In this document: in pieces, positions 37,606 to 47,884 of the stretch | Layout: each line of letters begins with the position of its first letter | Position numbering within the stretch: the stretch's first letter is position 1 | Origin: Acidobacteriota bacterium | Lineage (GTDB): Bacteria; Acidobacteriota; UBA6911; RPQK01; JAJDTT01 | Reading direction: 5' to 3' | DNA length: 64,000 nucleotides | Assembly: GCA_965209055.1 (NCBI GenBank) | Contig: OZ242374.1 | Coordinates: forward strand, 4,096,001-4,160,000 | Notes under the pieces: model-generated | The model's input: the letters and a program-made list of their open reading frames with translations, nothing else | Database searches by the model: none | What the model was told of the DNA's origin: nothing | Program-made: the position numbers and the translations under genes

Positions 37606-37744
37606 TGGGCCGGGTGAATGGTCGGAAGGGATGCACACGCCGGCGTCCCGTGCCGGTGTTCAGACCGGAAATGACCTCCTTCCGGGTGCAAGACCATCGA
37701 TCCCACCGGCTGGACGGACCTCTCTTCGGGCGCAGTAGTTCGGT

Positions 37745-38164
37745 ATGAGCCGAAGGAGGGCGCGCGAATATGCCCTGCAGATGCTCTATCAGCAGGAAGT
37801 GACCCGGGACCCCGGCGCCGTCGTAGAACGGGCCTTTTGGGACGCCCATGCCGCGGCGGCAGTGGAGGCCCGCGCCTTCGCGGGCCGCTTGTTCGGAACG
37901 TCACTGCAGGACAGGAGCAGGATCGACGGCCTGATCCAACGTCATTGCGACAACTGGAAATTGAGGAGAATTTCGGCGGTCGATCGAAACGTGCTGCGCA
38001 TGGGGGTCGCCGAATTCCTCTTTCTGGACACGCCCAAGGTGGTGGTCATCAGCGAGGCCATTGAGATCGCGCGAAAATTCGGGACCGAGCGGTCGGCGGA
38101 CTTCGTCAACGGCATCCTGGATGCCATCCGCAAGGAACTGGATGCCGAACGGGAGACCGATTGA
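37745..38164 (+). CDS. nusB: Transcription antitermination factor NusB
   Basis: RRRAREYALQ, VDRNVLR, FVNGILD. Confidence 0.96.
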   Translation: MSRRRAREYALQMLYQQEVTRDPGAVVERAFWDAHAAAAVEARAFAGRLFGTSLQDRSRIDGLIQRHCDNWKLRRISAVDRNVLRMGVAEFLFLDTPKVVVISEAIEIARKFGTERSADFVNGILDAIRKELDAERETD

Positions 38165-38227
38165 GGCAAGGGCCGTGACGGGCGTGGAATGCCACGCAGG
38201 ACGGACGCGACGGCAGGGAACGGAACG

Positions 38228-39745
38228 ATGACTTCCGGAAGCGAGCTGATCGACCGGCGGATGGAGAAGCTGCAGCTCATACGGGCCGGCGGCCATGATC
38301 CCTATCCCGCCAACTACGACCTGACCCACGAGATTCCCCGGATTCTGGAGAACTACTCCCACCTGGAGGCGCCGGAGCTGGAGTCCGCGCAGCACAGGGT
38401 TCGAACCGCGGGCCGTATCGTTTCGATCCGCGGCCACGGCAAGGTCAGCTTCGCCCACCTGAGCCAGGGCGGAGGCCGGCTCCAGATCTACGTGCGCCGG
38501 GACCGGGTGGGACCGGAGAAACACGATCTGTTCCGGTTGCTGGACATCGGGGACTTTCTGGGAGTGGAAGGCGAGTTGCTGCGGACCCGCACGGGAGAAC
38601 TGACCGTCTTCGCCGATTCGGTGCAGTTGTTGTCCAAGTCGATGCGGCCCCTTCCCGAGAAGTGGCACGGCCTGGCCGACGTCGAGGTGCGATACCGTCA
38701 ACGCTATCTGGACCTGATGGCCAACCCGCGCGTGCGATCCGTATTCGTCCGCCGCAACCGGATCATCTCGTTCCTCCGCCGCTTTTTGGAGGACAGGGGG
38801 TTCCTGGAGGTGGAAACCCCCATGATGCAGACGCTGGCGGGAGGCGCGACGGCGCGTCCCTTCAAGACCTATCACGAAGCGCTGGGAATCCCGTTGTTCC
38901 TGAGGATCGCGCCGGAGCTCTACCTCAAACGCCTGGTGGTGGGCGGGTTGGACCGTGTGTACGAGATCAACCGGAATTTTCGAAACGAGGGCGTGTCCAC
39001 CCGGCACAATCCCGAGTTCACCATGTTGGAGTTCTACCAGGCCTACAGCGACTACGGCGATCTGATGGATCTGACGGAAGAGATGTTGAAGGGGCTGGTC
39101 CAGGAGGTCTGCCAAGGGTTGGAGGTGGAGTACGGGCCGTCGACCATCGACTTCTCCTCGTTTCGGCGCTACAGCATGGTGGAATCGATTCGCGAATTCT
39201 GGCCCGGTCCGCAGATCCCTTCGTCCGAGGGCCTGATGGACCCGGCGGTTCTCGAAGACCTGCTTCGAGACCGGAACGTGGGACTGCCTCCGGGAACGAG
39301 TTGGGATCGGATGCTTGGACTGCTGTTCGAGACGGTGGCCGAGAAGCACTTGATCCAGCCCACCTTCATCCATGATTTTCCGGCTCAGTTGTCCCCACTG
39401 TCCAAGCGGAAAGCCGGCGACCCCCGGTTCACCGAGCGGTTCGAGCTCTTCGCCGGAGGGCTGGAACTGGCCAACGCCTACAGCGAGCTGAACGACCCGG
39501 AAGAGCAGAGGGAGCGGTTTCGGGAGCAGCTCATCGATCGGGAGCAGGGAAACGAAGAAGCCCACGAGATGGACGAGGAATACGTTCGGGCCCTTGAATA
39601 CGGAATGCCGCCGGTGGCCGGCGAGGGAATCGGCATCGATCGCCTCGCCATGCTGCTGACCAACTCTCCCTCCATCCGGGAAGTGATTCTCTTTCCCCAT
39701 CTCCGCCCCTCGCGGCGGGAAAGGGACTCGCGGACCACGGAGTGA
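38228..39745 (+). CDS. lysS: Lysyl-tRNA synthetase (class II)
   Basis: RYRQRYLDL, RIAPELYLKR, FRNEG, HNPEFTM, GIGIDRL. Confidence 0.97.
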   Translation: MTSGSELIDRRMEKLQLIRAGGHDPYPANYDLTHEIPRILENYSHLEAPELESAQHRVRTAGRIVSIRGHGKVSFAHLSQGGGRLQIYVRRDRVGPEKHDLFRLLDIGDFLGVEGELLRTRTGELTVFADSVQLLSKSMRPLPEKWHGLADVEVRYRQRYLDLMANPRVRSVFVRRNRIISFLRRFLEDRGFLEVETPMMQTLAGGATARPFKTYHEALGIPLFLRIAPELYLKRLVVGGLDRVYEINRNFRNEGVSTRHNPEFTMLEFYQAYSDYGDLMDLTEEMLKGLVQEVCQGLEVEYGPSTIDFSSFRRYSMVESIREFWPGPQIPSSEGLMDPAVLEDLLRDRNVGLPPGTSWDRMLGLLFETVAEKHLIQPTFIHDFPAQLSPLSKRKAGDPRFTERFELFAGGLELANAYSELNDPEEQRERFREQLIDREQGNEEAHEMDEEYVRALEYGMPPVAGEGIGIDRLAMLLTNSPSIREVILFPHLRPSRRERDSRTTE

Positions 39746-39809
39746 GCGGCAACAATTCAGCCGGTTTGTCCGCACACGGAGTCAGTTCCGGGCTGCGAAA
39801 AGAGGGACG

Positions 39810-41039
39810 GTGTTGCGTTTCGAGCTGTTTGTCGCCCTCCGTTATCTTCGAGCACGGCGCAAACAAGCCGTCATCTCGGTCATCAGCATCATCTCGGTGG
39901 TGGGCGTCGCGGCCGGCGTCATGGCCCTCACCATAGCCCTGGCTCTGAACAACGGCCTGCAGCGCGAATTCCAGGCCCGGATTCTGGGCGCCACCTCACA
40001 TCTCAATCTCCTGCCCGCCCGGGAGGGGGCCATCTCGGGCTATCAGGGAATCGCCGACGCCCTGAGCGGGATGCCCCGAATCAAGAGCGTGGTGCCGACG
40101 GTCTACGGACAAACCATGTTGCAGTCCGGTTCAAGACAGGGTGCGGCAATCCTGAAGGGGATCGGGGGCGATCCGGGCCGGCCTTCAAATATGGGCGTCT
40201 CCATCATCGAGGGGACCACGGCGGGATTCCATGACGGCGGCAAGCCCTTTCCCATCATCCTCGGCAAGGACCTGGCGGGGTCCCTGGGAGCGTTGGTTGG
40301 AGAACCGGTTCGGGCTTACGGGCTGAAGGGCGAGCTCTCACCCTTCGGCCGCGGTGTGCGGATCGGGACTTTCCGGGTCGTGGCTCTCTTCGAGTCCGGT
40401 CTGTGGGAATACGATTCCAATTGGGCGCTGGTGCCGCTGGCCGCGGCGCAGTCCTTTTTCGGCCTTTCGCAGGACCAGGCCTCGGCGTTGGAAATGCGTG
40501 TCGAGGACATCTACGCCGTCGAGAGCCAGGCCAGGACCGTGCAGGAGGCACTGGGCGACGGATTCGCAACGAACACCTGGATCCAACTGAACCGGCCGCT
40601 GTTCGCCGCTCTGGAGTTGGAGAAACTGGCACTGTTCGTCGCCATCGGACTGATCGTTCTGGTCGCCGCCCTGAACATCGTCAGCACCTTGACCCTCATG
40701 GTGATGGACAAGAATCGGGATATTTCCATCATCACCGCCATGGGAGGGACTCCCCGGACGGTTACCGCGGTGTTCATGCTCCAGGGCCTCATCATCGGGT
40801 TGGTCGGCACGAGCCTGGGAGGCATCTTGGGAGCGGTCACGGCCTGGTACCTGGACGCCTACCAGGTCATCGAGCTGGAGCCTCGCGTCTATTCGATTCC
40901 TTACGTCCCCTTCCAGTTGAATCCGTGGGATCTGGTGGTGGTTTCGCTGCTGGCGGTTCTCATCAGTTTTGCCGCCACCCTGTATCCGGCCCGCGCCGCT
41001 TCCGGGCTGGATCCGCTGGAGGGACTCCGCCATGAGTGA
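39810..41039 (+). CDS. lolE: Lipoprotein-releasing ABC permease LolC/E (LolF-type single permease)
   Basis: ALRYLRA, VAALNIVSTL, ATLYPA; adjacent to lolD. Confidence 0.88.
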   Translation: MLRFELFVALRYLRARRKQAVISVISIISVVGVAAGVMALTIALALNNGLQREFQARILGATSHLNLLPAREGAISGYQGIADALSGMPRIKSVVPTVYGQTMLQSGSRQGAAILKGIGGDPGRPSNMGVSIIEGTTAGFHDGGKPFPIILGKDLAGSLGALVGEPVRAYGLKGELSPFGRGVRIGTFRVVALFESGLWEYDSNWALVPLAAAQSFFGLSQDQASALEMRVEDIYAVESQARTVQEALGDGFATNTWIQLNRPLFAALELEKLALFVAIGLIVLVAALNIVSTLTLMVMDKNRDISIITAMGGTPRTVTAVFMLQGLIIGLVGTSLGGILGAVTAWYLDAYQVIELEPRVYSIPYVPFQLNPWDLVVVSLLAVLISFAATLYPARAASGLDPLEGLRHE

Positions 41040-41703
41040 GCTTCTCAAGATCAGCGGGTTGTCCAAGTCGTATCGTTCGGGGCAGGAGCGGCTGCGCATT
41101 CTGGTGGATCTGAATCTGTCCGTTGAGGCGGGCCAAATGGTGGCCATCACGGGAGCCAGCGGGTCGGGCAAGAGCACCTTTCTGCATCTGGTGGGCGGCA
41201 TGGAAAGACCGGATTCGGGAAGCATTCGCTTCCGGGATCTTGAGATCACCGCATTGCAGGGGAGGGAGCTGGCCGCGTACCGGAACCGGACCGTCGGCTT
41301 CGTGTTTCAGTTCCACTATCTTCTGCCCGAGTTCAACGCCCGGGAGAACGCCATGTTTCCCCTGCTGCTGCGGGGAACCTCCCACCAGGAGGCCTCCGAG
41401 CGGGCTGAAGCCCTTCTGGAAGAGGTGGGATTGGCGGACCGGATGCGGCACCGGCCGGGCGAACTTTCAGGGGGTGAGCAGCAGCGTGTCGCCATCGCGC
41501 GCGCCCTGGCGGGCGAGCCCGGATTGCTGTTGGCCGACGAACCCACGGGCAATCTGGATCCGGCGACCTCCGAGCGAATCTACGAGCTGCTGGATCAGGT
41601 GCATCAAAGCCACGGACTCACTTCACTCATCGCGACCCACAATGCCTCCCTGGCGGATCTTTGCAGCGTCCGCAAGGAGGTGGTTCAGGGGAAACTCGTA
41701 TAG
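41032..41703 (+). CDS. lolD: Lipoprotein-releasing ABC ATPase
   Basis: [35 protein letters not shown]. Confidence 0.93.
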   Translation: MSELLKISGLSKSYRSGQERLRILVDLNLSVEAGQMVAITGASGSGKSTFLHLVGGMERPDSGSIRFRDLEITALQGRELAAYRNRTVGFVFQFHYLLPEFNARENAMFPLLLRGTSHQEASERAEALLEEVGLADRMRHRPGELSGGEQQRVAIARALAGEPGLLLADEPTGNLDPATSERIYELLDQVHQSHGLTSLIATHNASLADLCSVRKEVVQGKLV

Positions 41704-41838
41704 TCGCCCGACGGTGTTCCACTGTTTCTCCTGTCTCCGGAAATCCAGTCATCAGCCGGCGTGATCCCGGATCCCGGAGCGGTTTTGCCGACTCCGCTTC
41801 CCCGCTTGTTCACTATGCGTGTGTATAATCGACGGGAT

Positions 41839-41854
41839 TGGCAAGCCGTTTGCC
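41839..41854 (+). promoter_or_regulatory. Sigma54-type -24/-12 promoter upstream of clpC
   Basis: TGGCAAGCCGTTTGCC vs consensus TGGCACG-N4-TTGCW; exact GG-N10-GC spacing; a TATAAT also lies at 41824-41829. Confidence 0.6.
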
Positions 41855-41896
41855 CGAGCATTTTCGGTTTGCTTAAATCAAGGCGGAAATCGCCTC

Positions 41897-44338
41897 ATGT
41901 TTGAGAAGTACACGGAAAAGGCGAGGCGGGTCATCTTCTTTGCCCGCTATGAAGCCAGCCAGCTCGGTTCACGGTCCATCGAAACGGAACATATCCTGCT
42001 GGGCCTGCTCCGGGAGGACAAGGGGCTCACCAGCCGCTTCTTCCGCAGGAGCGAAGCCACGCTGGAGGCGATTCGCAAGGAAATCGAGGGCCGTTCGGGG
42101 GTCCGGGAGAAGGTTTCGACTTCGGTGGAACTCCCTCTCAGCGACGAATCGAAGCGGGTCCTCACATTTGCCGCCGAAGAAGCGGAACGCCTTCTTTGCA
42201 GCTATATCGGGACCGAACACATTCTGCTGGGCCTGCTCCGGGAAGAGAAGTCGGCGGCCTCCGCGATCCTGAGCGAAAAAGGGCTGCACCTGGCGCGGGT
42301 TCGGGATGAGCTCTCCGGAAATCCGGGGCGTCCGACCCCGCACAAGGTGAAGGAGTCGCTGATCCTGACCGAGTTCAGCCGGGATCTGACCGAAGCGGCG
42401 ACTCGCGGCGAATTGGACCCCCTCATCGGCCGCGAGGCCGAGATCGAGCGGGTCACCCAAATTCTCTGCCGCCGGACCAAAAACAATCCGGCTCTGATCG
42501 GTGAGCCGGGAGTGGGCAAGACGGCGATCGTCGAGGGCCTGGCCCAGAGAATCGTCAACGGCGACGCTCCCGCCATGCTTCTGGACAAACGAATTCTGGC
42601 TCTGGACATTTCCTTGATCGTGGCCGGCACCAAGTACCGGGGGCAGTTCGAGGAGCGGTTGAAGTCCATCATGAAGGAGATCATCGAGAACCCCCAGTTC
42701 GTGATCTTCGTCGACGAATTGCACACACTGGTGGGCGCCGGGTCGGCGGAGGGCTCCCTGGACGCGGCCAACATCCTGAAACCGGCCCTGTCGCGTGGGG
42801 ATCTCCAGTGCGTGGGGGCGACGACGCCTTACGAATACCGCCGATTCATCGAGAAGGACCGGGCGCTGGAACGTCGTTTCCAGTCCGTAAAAGTGGCGGC
42901 GACGAGCGAAGAAGAGACGATCCGCATCATCCACGGCATCAAGGAACGTTACGAGAGTTTCCACCGGGTCGAGTACGACGACGATTCCATCAAGGCTGCG
43001 GTCAGCCATTCCAATCGCTACATTCCCGATCGGTTTCTGCCGGACAAGGCCATCGACGTCCTGGATGAGGCTGGAGCCCGGGTGAAGCTCAACTACACCT
43101 CCTTTCCGGACGAGGTGACGGTTCTCCAACAGAAGATCCGGGTGACCGTCCGCGAAGTGGACGACGCCATATCCGCCAAGGAATTCGACCGGGCGGCCCA
43201 GCTCAAGGACCGCGAGGTGGTGGAACGCGAGAACCTGAAGATCGTCAAGGATCGCTGGAAGCTCAAGAATCGCGTCACCCCGATTGTGGGTCGAAAACAT
43301 ATCGAAGAGGTCATCTCCCGTTGGACCGGAATTCCGGTGAGCGCCTTGCGCGAGGAGGAGACGCAGAAGCTGCTGCGCATGGAGACGGACCTGCACCGCC
43401 GCGTGATCAGCCAGGACACGGCGGTTTCGGCGCTCGCCCGCGCCATTCGCCGGAGCCGGGCCGGGATGAAGCATCCCAACCGGCCCGTCGGATCGTTCCT
43501 GTTTCTGGGGCCCACGGGAGTGGGCAAGACCGAGTTGGCCAAATCGTTAGCCGAGTTCCTCTTCGGAAGCGAGAAGTCCCTGATCCGTTTCGACATGTCC
43601 GAGTACATGGAGAAGCATTCGGTCTCCAAGCTCATCGGATCGCCGCCCGGATACGTGGGACACGAAGAGGGTGGCCAGTTGACGGAACGGGTCCGGCGCA
43701 ATCCTTACTGCGTGGTCCTTCTCGATGAAGTCGAAAAGGCCCACTTCGACATCTTCAACTTGTTGCTTCAGGTTTTCGAGGACGGCCAGTTGACCGACTC
43801 CCACGGGAACACGGTCGACTTCAAGAACAGCATCATCATCATGACCTCCAACATCGGAGCCCGGTACCTGATGAACAAACCCCAGATGGGGTTCGCCAGC
43901 GGGACGGACCAGGGAACGGAGAGGGTGGAAGAGGTCATCATGGAAGAGGTGAAGCGGGTCTTCAATCCCGAGTTCCTGAATCGGGTGGACGACCTCATCC
44001 TGTTCGATTCCCTCACCGAAGAGGATCTGGGCAAGATCGTCGACCTGCTCATGGAAAAGGGCAATGAGAACCTCTCCCAGAAGCAGATCCGAATATCATT
44101 GGGCAAGAGCGCAAAGAGGTGGATCATAGACAAGACTTGCCGGGACCGTTCCTATGGCGCCCGTCCCCTGAGGCGAGCCATCCAGAAATATATTGAAGAT
44201 CCGGTCTCGGAGTTGATTATTCAGGGGAAATTGAAAGAAAAGGAAACTCTCTCCATCTTTATCAAGGGTGGAGCATTGTACTATCGGGCCAAGGGATCCA
44301 AGAGTGCAGGCGTTCCCCTGTCATTCGGGATCGCGTAA
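41897..44338 (+). CDS. clpC: ATP-dependent Clp protease ATP-binding subunit ClpC
   Basis: MFEKYTEKARR N-domain; two Walker A motifs GEPGVGKT and GPTGVGKT; UVR-like middle; YGARPLRR. Confidence 0.95.
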   Translation: MFEKYTEKARRVIFFARYEASQLGSRSIETEHILLGLLREDKGLTSRFFRRSEATLEAIRKEIEGRSGVREKVSTSVELPLSDESKRVLTFAAEEAERLLCSYIGTEHILLGLLREEKSAASAILSEKGLHLARVRDELSGNPGRPTPHKVKESLILTEFSRDLTEAATRGELDPLIGREAEIERVTQILCRRTKNNPALIGEPGVGKTAIVEGLAQRIVNGDAPAMLLDKRILALDISLIVAGTKYRGQFEERLKSIMKEIIENPQFVIFVDELHTLVGAGSAEGSLDAANILKPALSRGDLQCVGATTPYEYRRFIEKDRALERRFQSVKVAATSEEETIRIIHGIKERYESFHRVEYDDDSIKAAVSHSNRYIPDRFLPDKAIDVLDEAGARVKLNYTSFPDEVTVLQQKIRVTVREVDDAISAKEFDRAAQLKDREVVERENLKIVKDRWKLKNRVTPIVGRKHIEEVISRWTGIPVSALREEETQKLLRMETDLHRRVISQDTAVSALARAIRRSRAGMKHPNRPVGSFLFLGPTGVGKTELAKSLAEFLFGSEKSLIRFDMSEYMEKHSVSKLIGSPPGYVGHEEGGQLTERVRRNPYCVVLLDEVEKAHFDIFNLLLQVFEDGQLTDSHGNTVDFKNSIIIMTSNIGARYLMNKPQMGFASGTDQGTERVEEVIMEEVKRVFNPEFLNRVDDLILFDSLTEEDLGKIVDLLMEKGNENLSQKQIRISLGKSAKRWIIDKTCRDRSYGARPLRRAIQKYIEDPVSELIIQGKLKEKETLSIFIKGGALYYRAKGSKSAGVPLSFGIA

Positions 44339-44554
44339 CGGTCCGGGGTGTAAGTCCCGCGGAGGACCTGAAGCGGCGAGCGGTTCGCCGGGCAAGACGT
44401 GACGAGGAAGCATACGGGGAGTATGTGACCGAGGAGCAGCATCTTCCGCCGGGAGGCGACTCTGGTCAGATGTCACGGAGACTTATACCGCGGGCTGCCG
44501 AGCCGCCGGTCTCCCAATCCAGGTCAGAGGTCGGGATGCTTCGTCGAGCGAAAA

Positions 44555-44584
44555 TTGTTCTGGCGAGGGGCATCTGGATAGAAT
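44555..44584 (+). promoter_or_regulatory. Putative sigma70 promoter for bamA (leaderless type)
   Basis: TTGTTC-N18-TAGAAT, 7 nt before ATG 44592. Confidence 0.45.
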
Positions 44585-44588
44585 CTTG

Positions 44589-47234
44589 ATGATGGGCCAA
44601 ACGTTTCGTGCCGCTCACAGACCGAACACCGCCCGGATCTACCGGAGCGTGCTGCTGGTTCTGGCGCTTTGCTTGGGAAGCTCCGAGCTTCTCGATGCCC
44701 AAGCCCGCCAGTCGGCCGGGCGCCTGGAGGAAGTGCGCATCCTCGGGAACCGGCGCATCAGCGAAGACACCATTCGTTTCTACATCCAGAGCCGGCAGGG
44801 GGACGTCTACAACGAAGGCCAGATCCTCCGCGATTACCGGAGTCTCCTCAACACCAACTTCTTCGTCGATGCCAAGGTGAAGAAGATGGAGGGAGAGACG
44901 GGAACCATCGTCCTGTTCGAGGTCAAGGAACGTCCCCTCATTCGGACCATCGAATACGAGGGCATGAAGTCCTTCAAGGAATCGGACGTGCTGGAGCAGT
45001 TCCGGGAACTCAAGGTCGGAATGACCGTCGACAACCCCTTCGACGGCGCCAAGCTGCCCAAGGCGCGGCGGGCCCTGCGGACCTTGCTGGACACCAACGG
45101 GCGCCCGCTGGGCCGAGTCGAGGTCACCGTCGAACCGATCACCTCCTCCGCCGTCAAGGTGGTCTTCAACATCGACGAAGGCCCCAAAGTGCGTATCGGC
45201 AAGATTCAGTTCGAGGGCAACACCGTCTTTTCCGACAAGGAATTGCGGGGAGGCCTGGAGCTGACCAAGGAGCGGGGGCCCATCACCCTCTTCAAGGGTC
45301 TCGACAAGTACATCAAGGAGAAGGTGGAGCACGATCTCCACGTCAACATGATGGACAAGTACCGGGAGCGGGGGTATATGGAGGCCCGGCTCGGCGAGCC
45401 CAAGGTGGAGATCGTGGAGGCGGGCAGAGGCATTCTGTTCGGTTTTCGCAAGACCAAGCAGCAGTACTTCATCACCGTGCCCATCGACGAGGGGCCTCAG
45501 TTCCGGTTCGGGGACTTCAAGCTGGAGGGCATCAAGAACTTCGACTCCGAAGTCCTGACTCGCGCCTACAATATTGAGAAGGGCGAAATCTTCAACTGGG
45601 TCCAACTGCAAAAGGCGAATGAGGACCTGAAGAAGCTCTACGCCCGGTACGGCTACCTGGACATGGAGGCGATTCCCGAGATCGACAAGGGCGAAAACGA
45701 AAATGTCATGAACGTCGCGATCCGCGTCGAGGAGGGGAAGCAGTACCTGGTGAAGCGGATCAACTTCCTGGGAAATACCAAGACCCGGGACAAGGTCCTC
45801 CGGCGGGAGTTTCTGCTGGAGGAGCAGCGTCAGTTCAATGGCGACCTGTTGGATATCTCCGTCATTCGTCTCAATCAGTTGGGGTTCTTCGACAAGATCG
45901 AGGAGGAGGATTACGAGGTCGTCAAGCGTCCGGATCTGGCCGAGGTGGACGTCCTGGTCACGGTCAAGGAGCAGAGTCAGCAGTCCATCGGCCTGACCGG
46001 GGGCGTGAGCGGAATCAGCGGCAAGTTCATCGGGATCAGTTATTCGACCAACAACTTTCGGGGATTGGGCCAACAGATCTACGTCCAGGCGGTCACCGGC
46101 ACTCGAACCCAGCAATACAATTTCTCCTTCCAGGAACCCTATTTTCTGGACACGCGCCTGTCCCTCGGGTTCTCCGTCTTCAGCCAGCGATTCCGTTACG
46201 ACACCTTCACGGCTTTCTGGGGCCTGCTTCTGCCGGAGAACAACGTCAACCTGTTTACCCGAAGCAGCACCGGCTTCAGCGTGCAGACCGCCTATCCTCT
46301 CTGGCGGTGGGTGCGGGTGGGACTGTCGTACCAGCTCCAGAGAATCAGCATCACCGACGTAGCGGAAAACTTCAGCGACTTTGCCTTGAGCCAGTTGACC
46401 GGATTCACTCCCGGAGGCAGCCGGGAAGATGCGCAAGAGGGCATCATCCGGAGCGAGGTCACGCCCAGTTGGACGTACAACAGCAAGAACGCATTTTTCG
46501 GCGCCACCCGGGGAACCATGTTGCGACTCTCGGTTCCGTTCGCCGGCGGTCCCTTGGGAGGGACCTACAACGTCATCTCTCCCATACTCGAGTATCAGAA
46601 ATTCATGGAAGACCGCTGGTTGAGCGGGGGCCGCAACAGTCTGGGTTTCCGGGCTCAGCTCCTGCACCTGTATCCGTATGGAGAGTTGCCTAATGGCGGC
46701 CCCATGACGGTGCCCTTTTTCGAACGGATCTACCGGGGCGGAGAGTTCGACTTCCGTGGTTTCGACCTGAGATCGGTGACCCCGTGGGCCAAGACACGTT
46801 CGCCTCTGAGGGACGAATCGGGGAATCCCATCATCGACAAACGGACGGGACTTCCGGCGCTGAGCGAGAATCTGGTTCCGGCCGGCGGCGACACCTCATT
46901 GCTGCTGACGGGCGAGTATCGAATACCCGTGGCCGGCCCCATCCATTTGGCGGCATTCGCGGATTTCGGAATCAACACGGTGCTGAACAGGAACAAGCTG
47001 GTACTCTTCGGGCCGAATACGGCCATTGACCTGTTGGAGAACACCAACAACGTCTGGCGGCTGTCGACGGGAATGGAGTTTCAGTTCGTCATGCCCATGC
47101 TCAACCAGCCGTTTCGTCTCATATTCGCCTACAATCCTCTGGTCATGGATACCACGGTTACGGTGAACGGCATCCGCTATCCGATGCAGGAACGTCGCAG
47201 GAACATTCGATTTACGGTAGGATATACCTTCTAG
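44589..47234 (+). CDS. bamA: Outer membrane protein assembly factor BamA
   Basis: POTRA repeats (GNTKTRDKVLRRE), NNFRGLGQ, FRGF motif, C-terminal Phe; start 44589 or 44592. Confidence 0.95.
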   Translation: MMGQTFRAAHRPNTARIYRSVLLVLALCLGSSELLDAQARQSAGRLEEVRILGNRRISEDTIRFYIQSRQGDVYNEGQILRDYRSLLNTNFFVDAKVKKMEGETGTIVLFEVKERPLIRTIEYEGMKSFKESDVLEQFRELKVGMTVDNPFDGAKLPKARRALRTLLDTNGRPLGRVEVTVEPITSSAVKVVFNIDEGPKVRIGKIQFEGNTVFSDKELRGGLELTKERGPITLFKGLDKYIKEKVEHDLHVNMMDKYRERGYMEARLGEPKVEIVEAGRGILFGFRKTKQQYFITVPIDEGPQFRFGDFKLEGIKNFDSEVLTRAYNIEKGEIFNWVQLQKANEDLKKLYARYGYLDMEAIPEIDKGENENVMNVAIRVEEGKQYLVKRINFLGNTKTRDKVLRREFLLEEQRQFNGDLLDISVIRLNQLGFFDKIEEEDYEVVKRPDLAEVDVLVTVKEQSQQSIGLTGGVSGISGKFIGISYSTNNFRGLGQQIYVQAVTGTRTQQYNFSFQEPYFLDTRLSLGFSVFSQRFRYDTFTAFWGLLLPENNVNLFTRSSTGFSVQTAYPLWRWVRVGLSYQLQRISITDVAENFSDFALSQLTGFTPGGSREDAQEGIIRSEVTPSWTYNSKNAFFGATRGTMLRLSVPFAGGPLGGTYNVISPILEYQKFMEDRWLSGGRNSLGFRAQLLHLYPYGELPNGGPMTVPFFERIYRGGEFDFRGFDLRSVTPWAKTRSPLRDESGNPIIDKRTGLPALSENLVPAGGDTSLLLTGEYRIPVAGPIHLAAFADFGINTVLNRNKLVLFGPNTAIDLLENTNNVWRLSTGMEFQFVMPMLNQPFRLIFAYNPLVMDTTVTVNGIRYPMQERRRNIRFTVGYTF

Positions 47235-47254
47235 CAAGGAAATTGGGGGGGATC

Positions 47255-47836
47255 ATGTTCACGAGATCTCGGATAATTTTTGTCTTGGTTGCCGGCCTTG
47301 CGGGTCTGATGGCTGCAGCACCCTGGAGCATGTCGCAGGGTCTGGCCGGAAGCGGGCTCAAGGTTGGATTCGTCAATTCGGTCGAGGTCCTGCAAGGGAC
47401 CGACGAGGGCCGGCAAAAGATGGGCGAGTTTCAGCAGTGGGCCGAGGCAAGACAGCAGGAACTGCAGCAGGACAAGACCGAATTGGACCGGTTGCGCGAA
47501 CAGTTTGCCGCCCAGGAACGGACGCTCAATCCGGATACTCGAACCGAAATGATGAGGACCATCGAAGATCGGGACCGGAGGCTGCGCCGGAAGCAGGAAG
47601 ACAGCCAGTTGGAGTCCGAGGCCAGGAATCGTCAGTTGCTGGAACAGATCGGAACCAAGATACAGACCATCATTAACGAGTATGCCCAGCAGAATGGTTA
47701 CTCGGTCATCTTCTTGCGCAACGAGTCCCAAAGTTACGTGGATCCCTCCTTGGACATCACCAAGGAACTCGTCTCCATCTACAATCAGCGTCACCCGGGG
47801 CCTTCCTCCGCTTCGTCCGCTCCGGCCCAGCCCTAG
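47255..47836 (+). CDS. skp: Periplasmic chaperone Skp/OmpH
   Basis: Signal peptide, KVGFVN, coiled coil, DITKE; located between bamA and lpxD. Confidence 0.9.
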   Translation: MFTRSRIIFVLVAGLAGLMAAAPWSMSQGLAGSGLKVGFVNSVEVLQGTDEGRQKMGEFQQWAEARQQELQQDKTELDRLREQFAAQERTLNPDTRTEMMRTIEDRDRRLRRKQEDSQLESEARNRQLLEQIGTKIQTIINEYAQQNGYSVIFLRNESQSYVDPSLDITKELVSIYNQRHPGPSSASSAPAQP

Positions 47837-47884
47837 CGCGAACTTCTCGCCAGGTCGCTGAGCGTTTCGGGCCGTCGCTGGGGC

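Noticed and set aside
44466-46667. Long antisense ORFs (also 25481..27292, 37901..39775, 3712..5400, 41969..43474, 53050..54564, 56237..57826)
   Set aside because: They are shadow ORFs opposite well-conserved genes, expected from high-GC codon bias, with no recognisable motifs.
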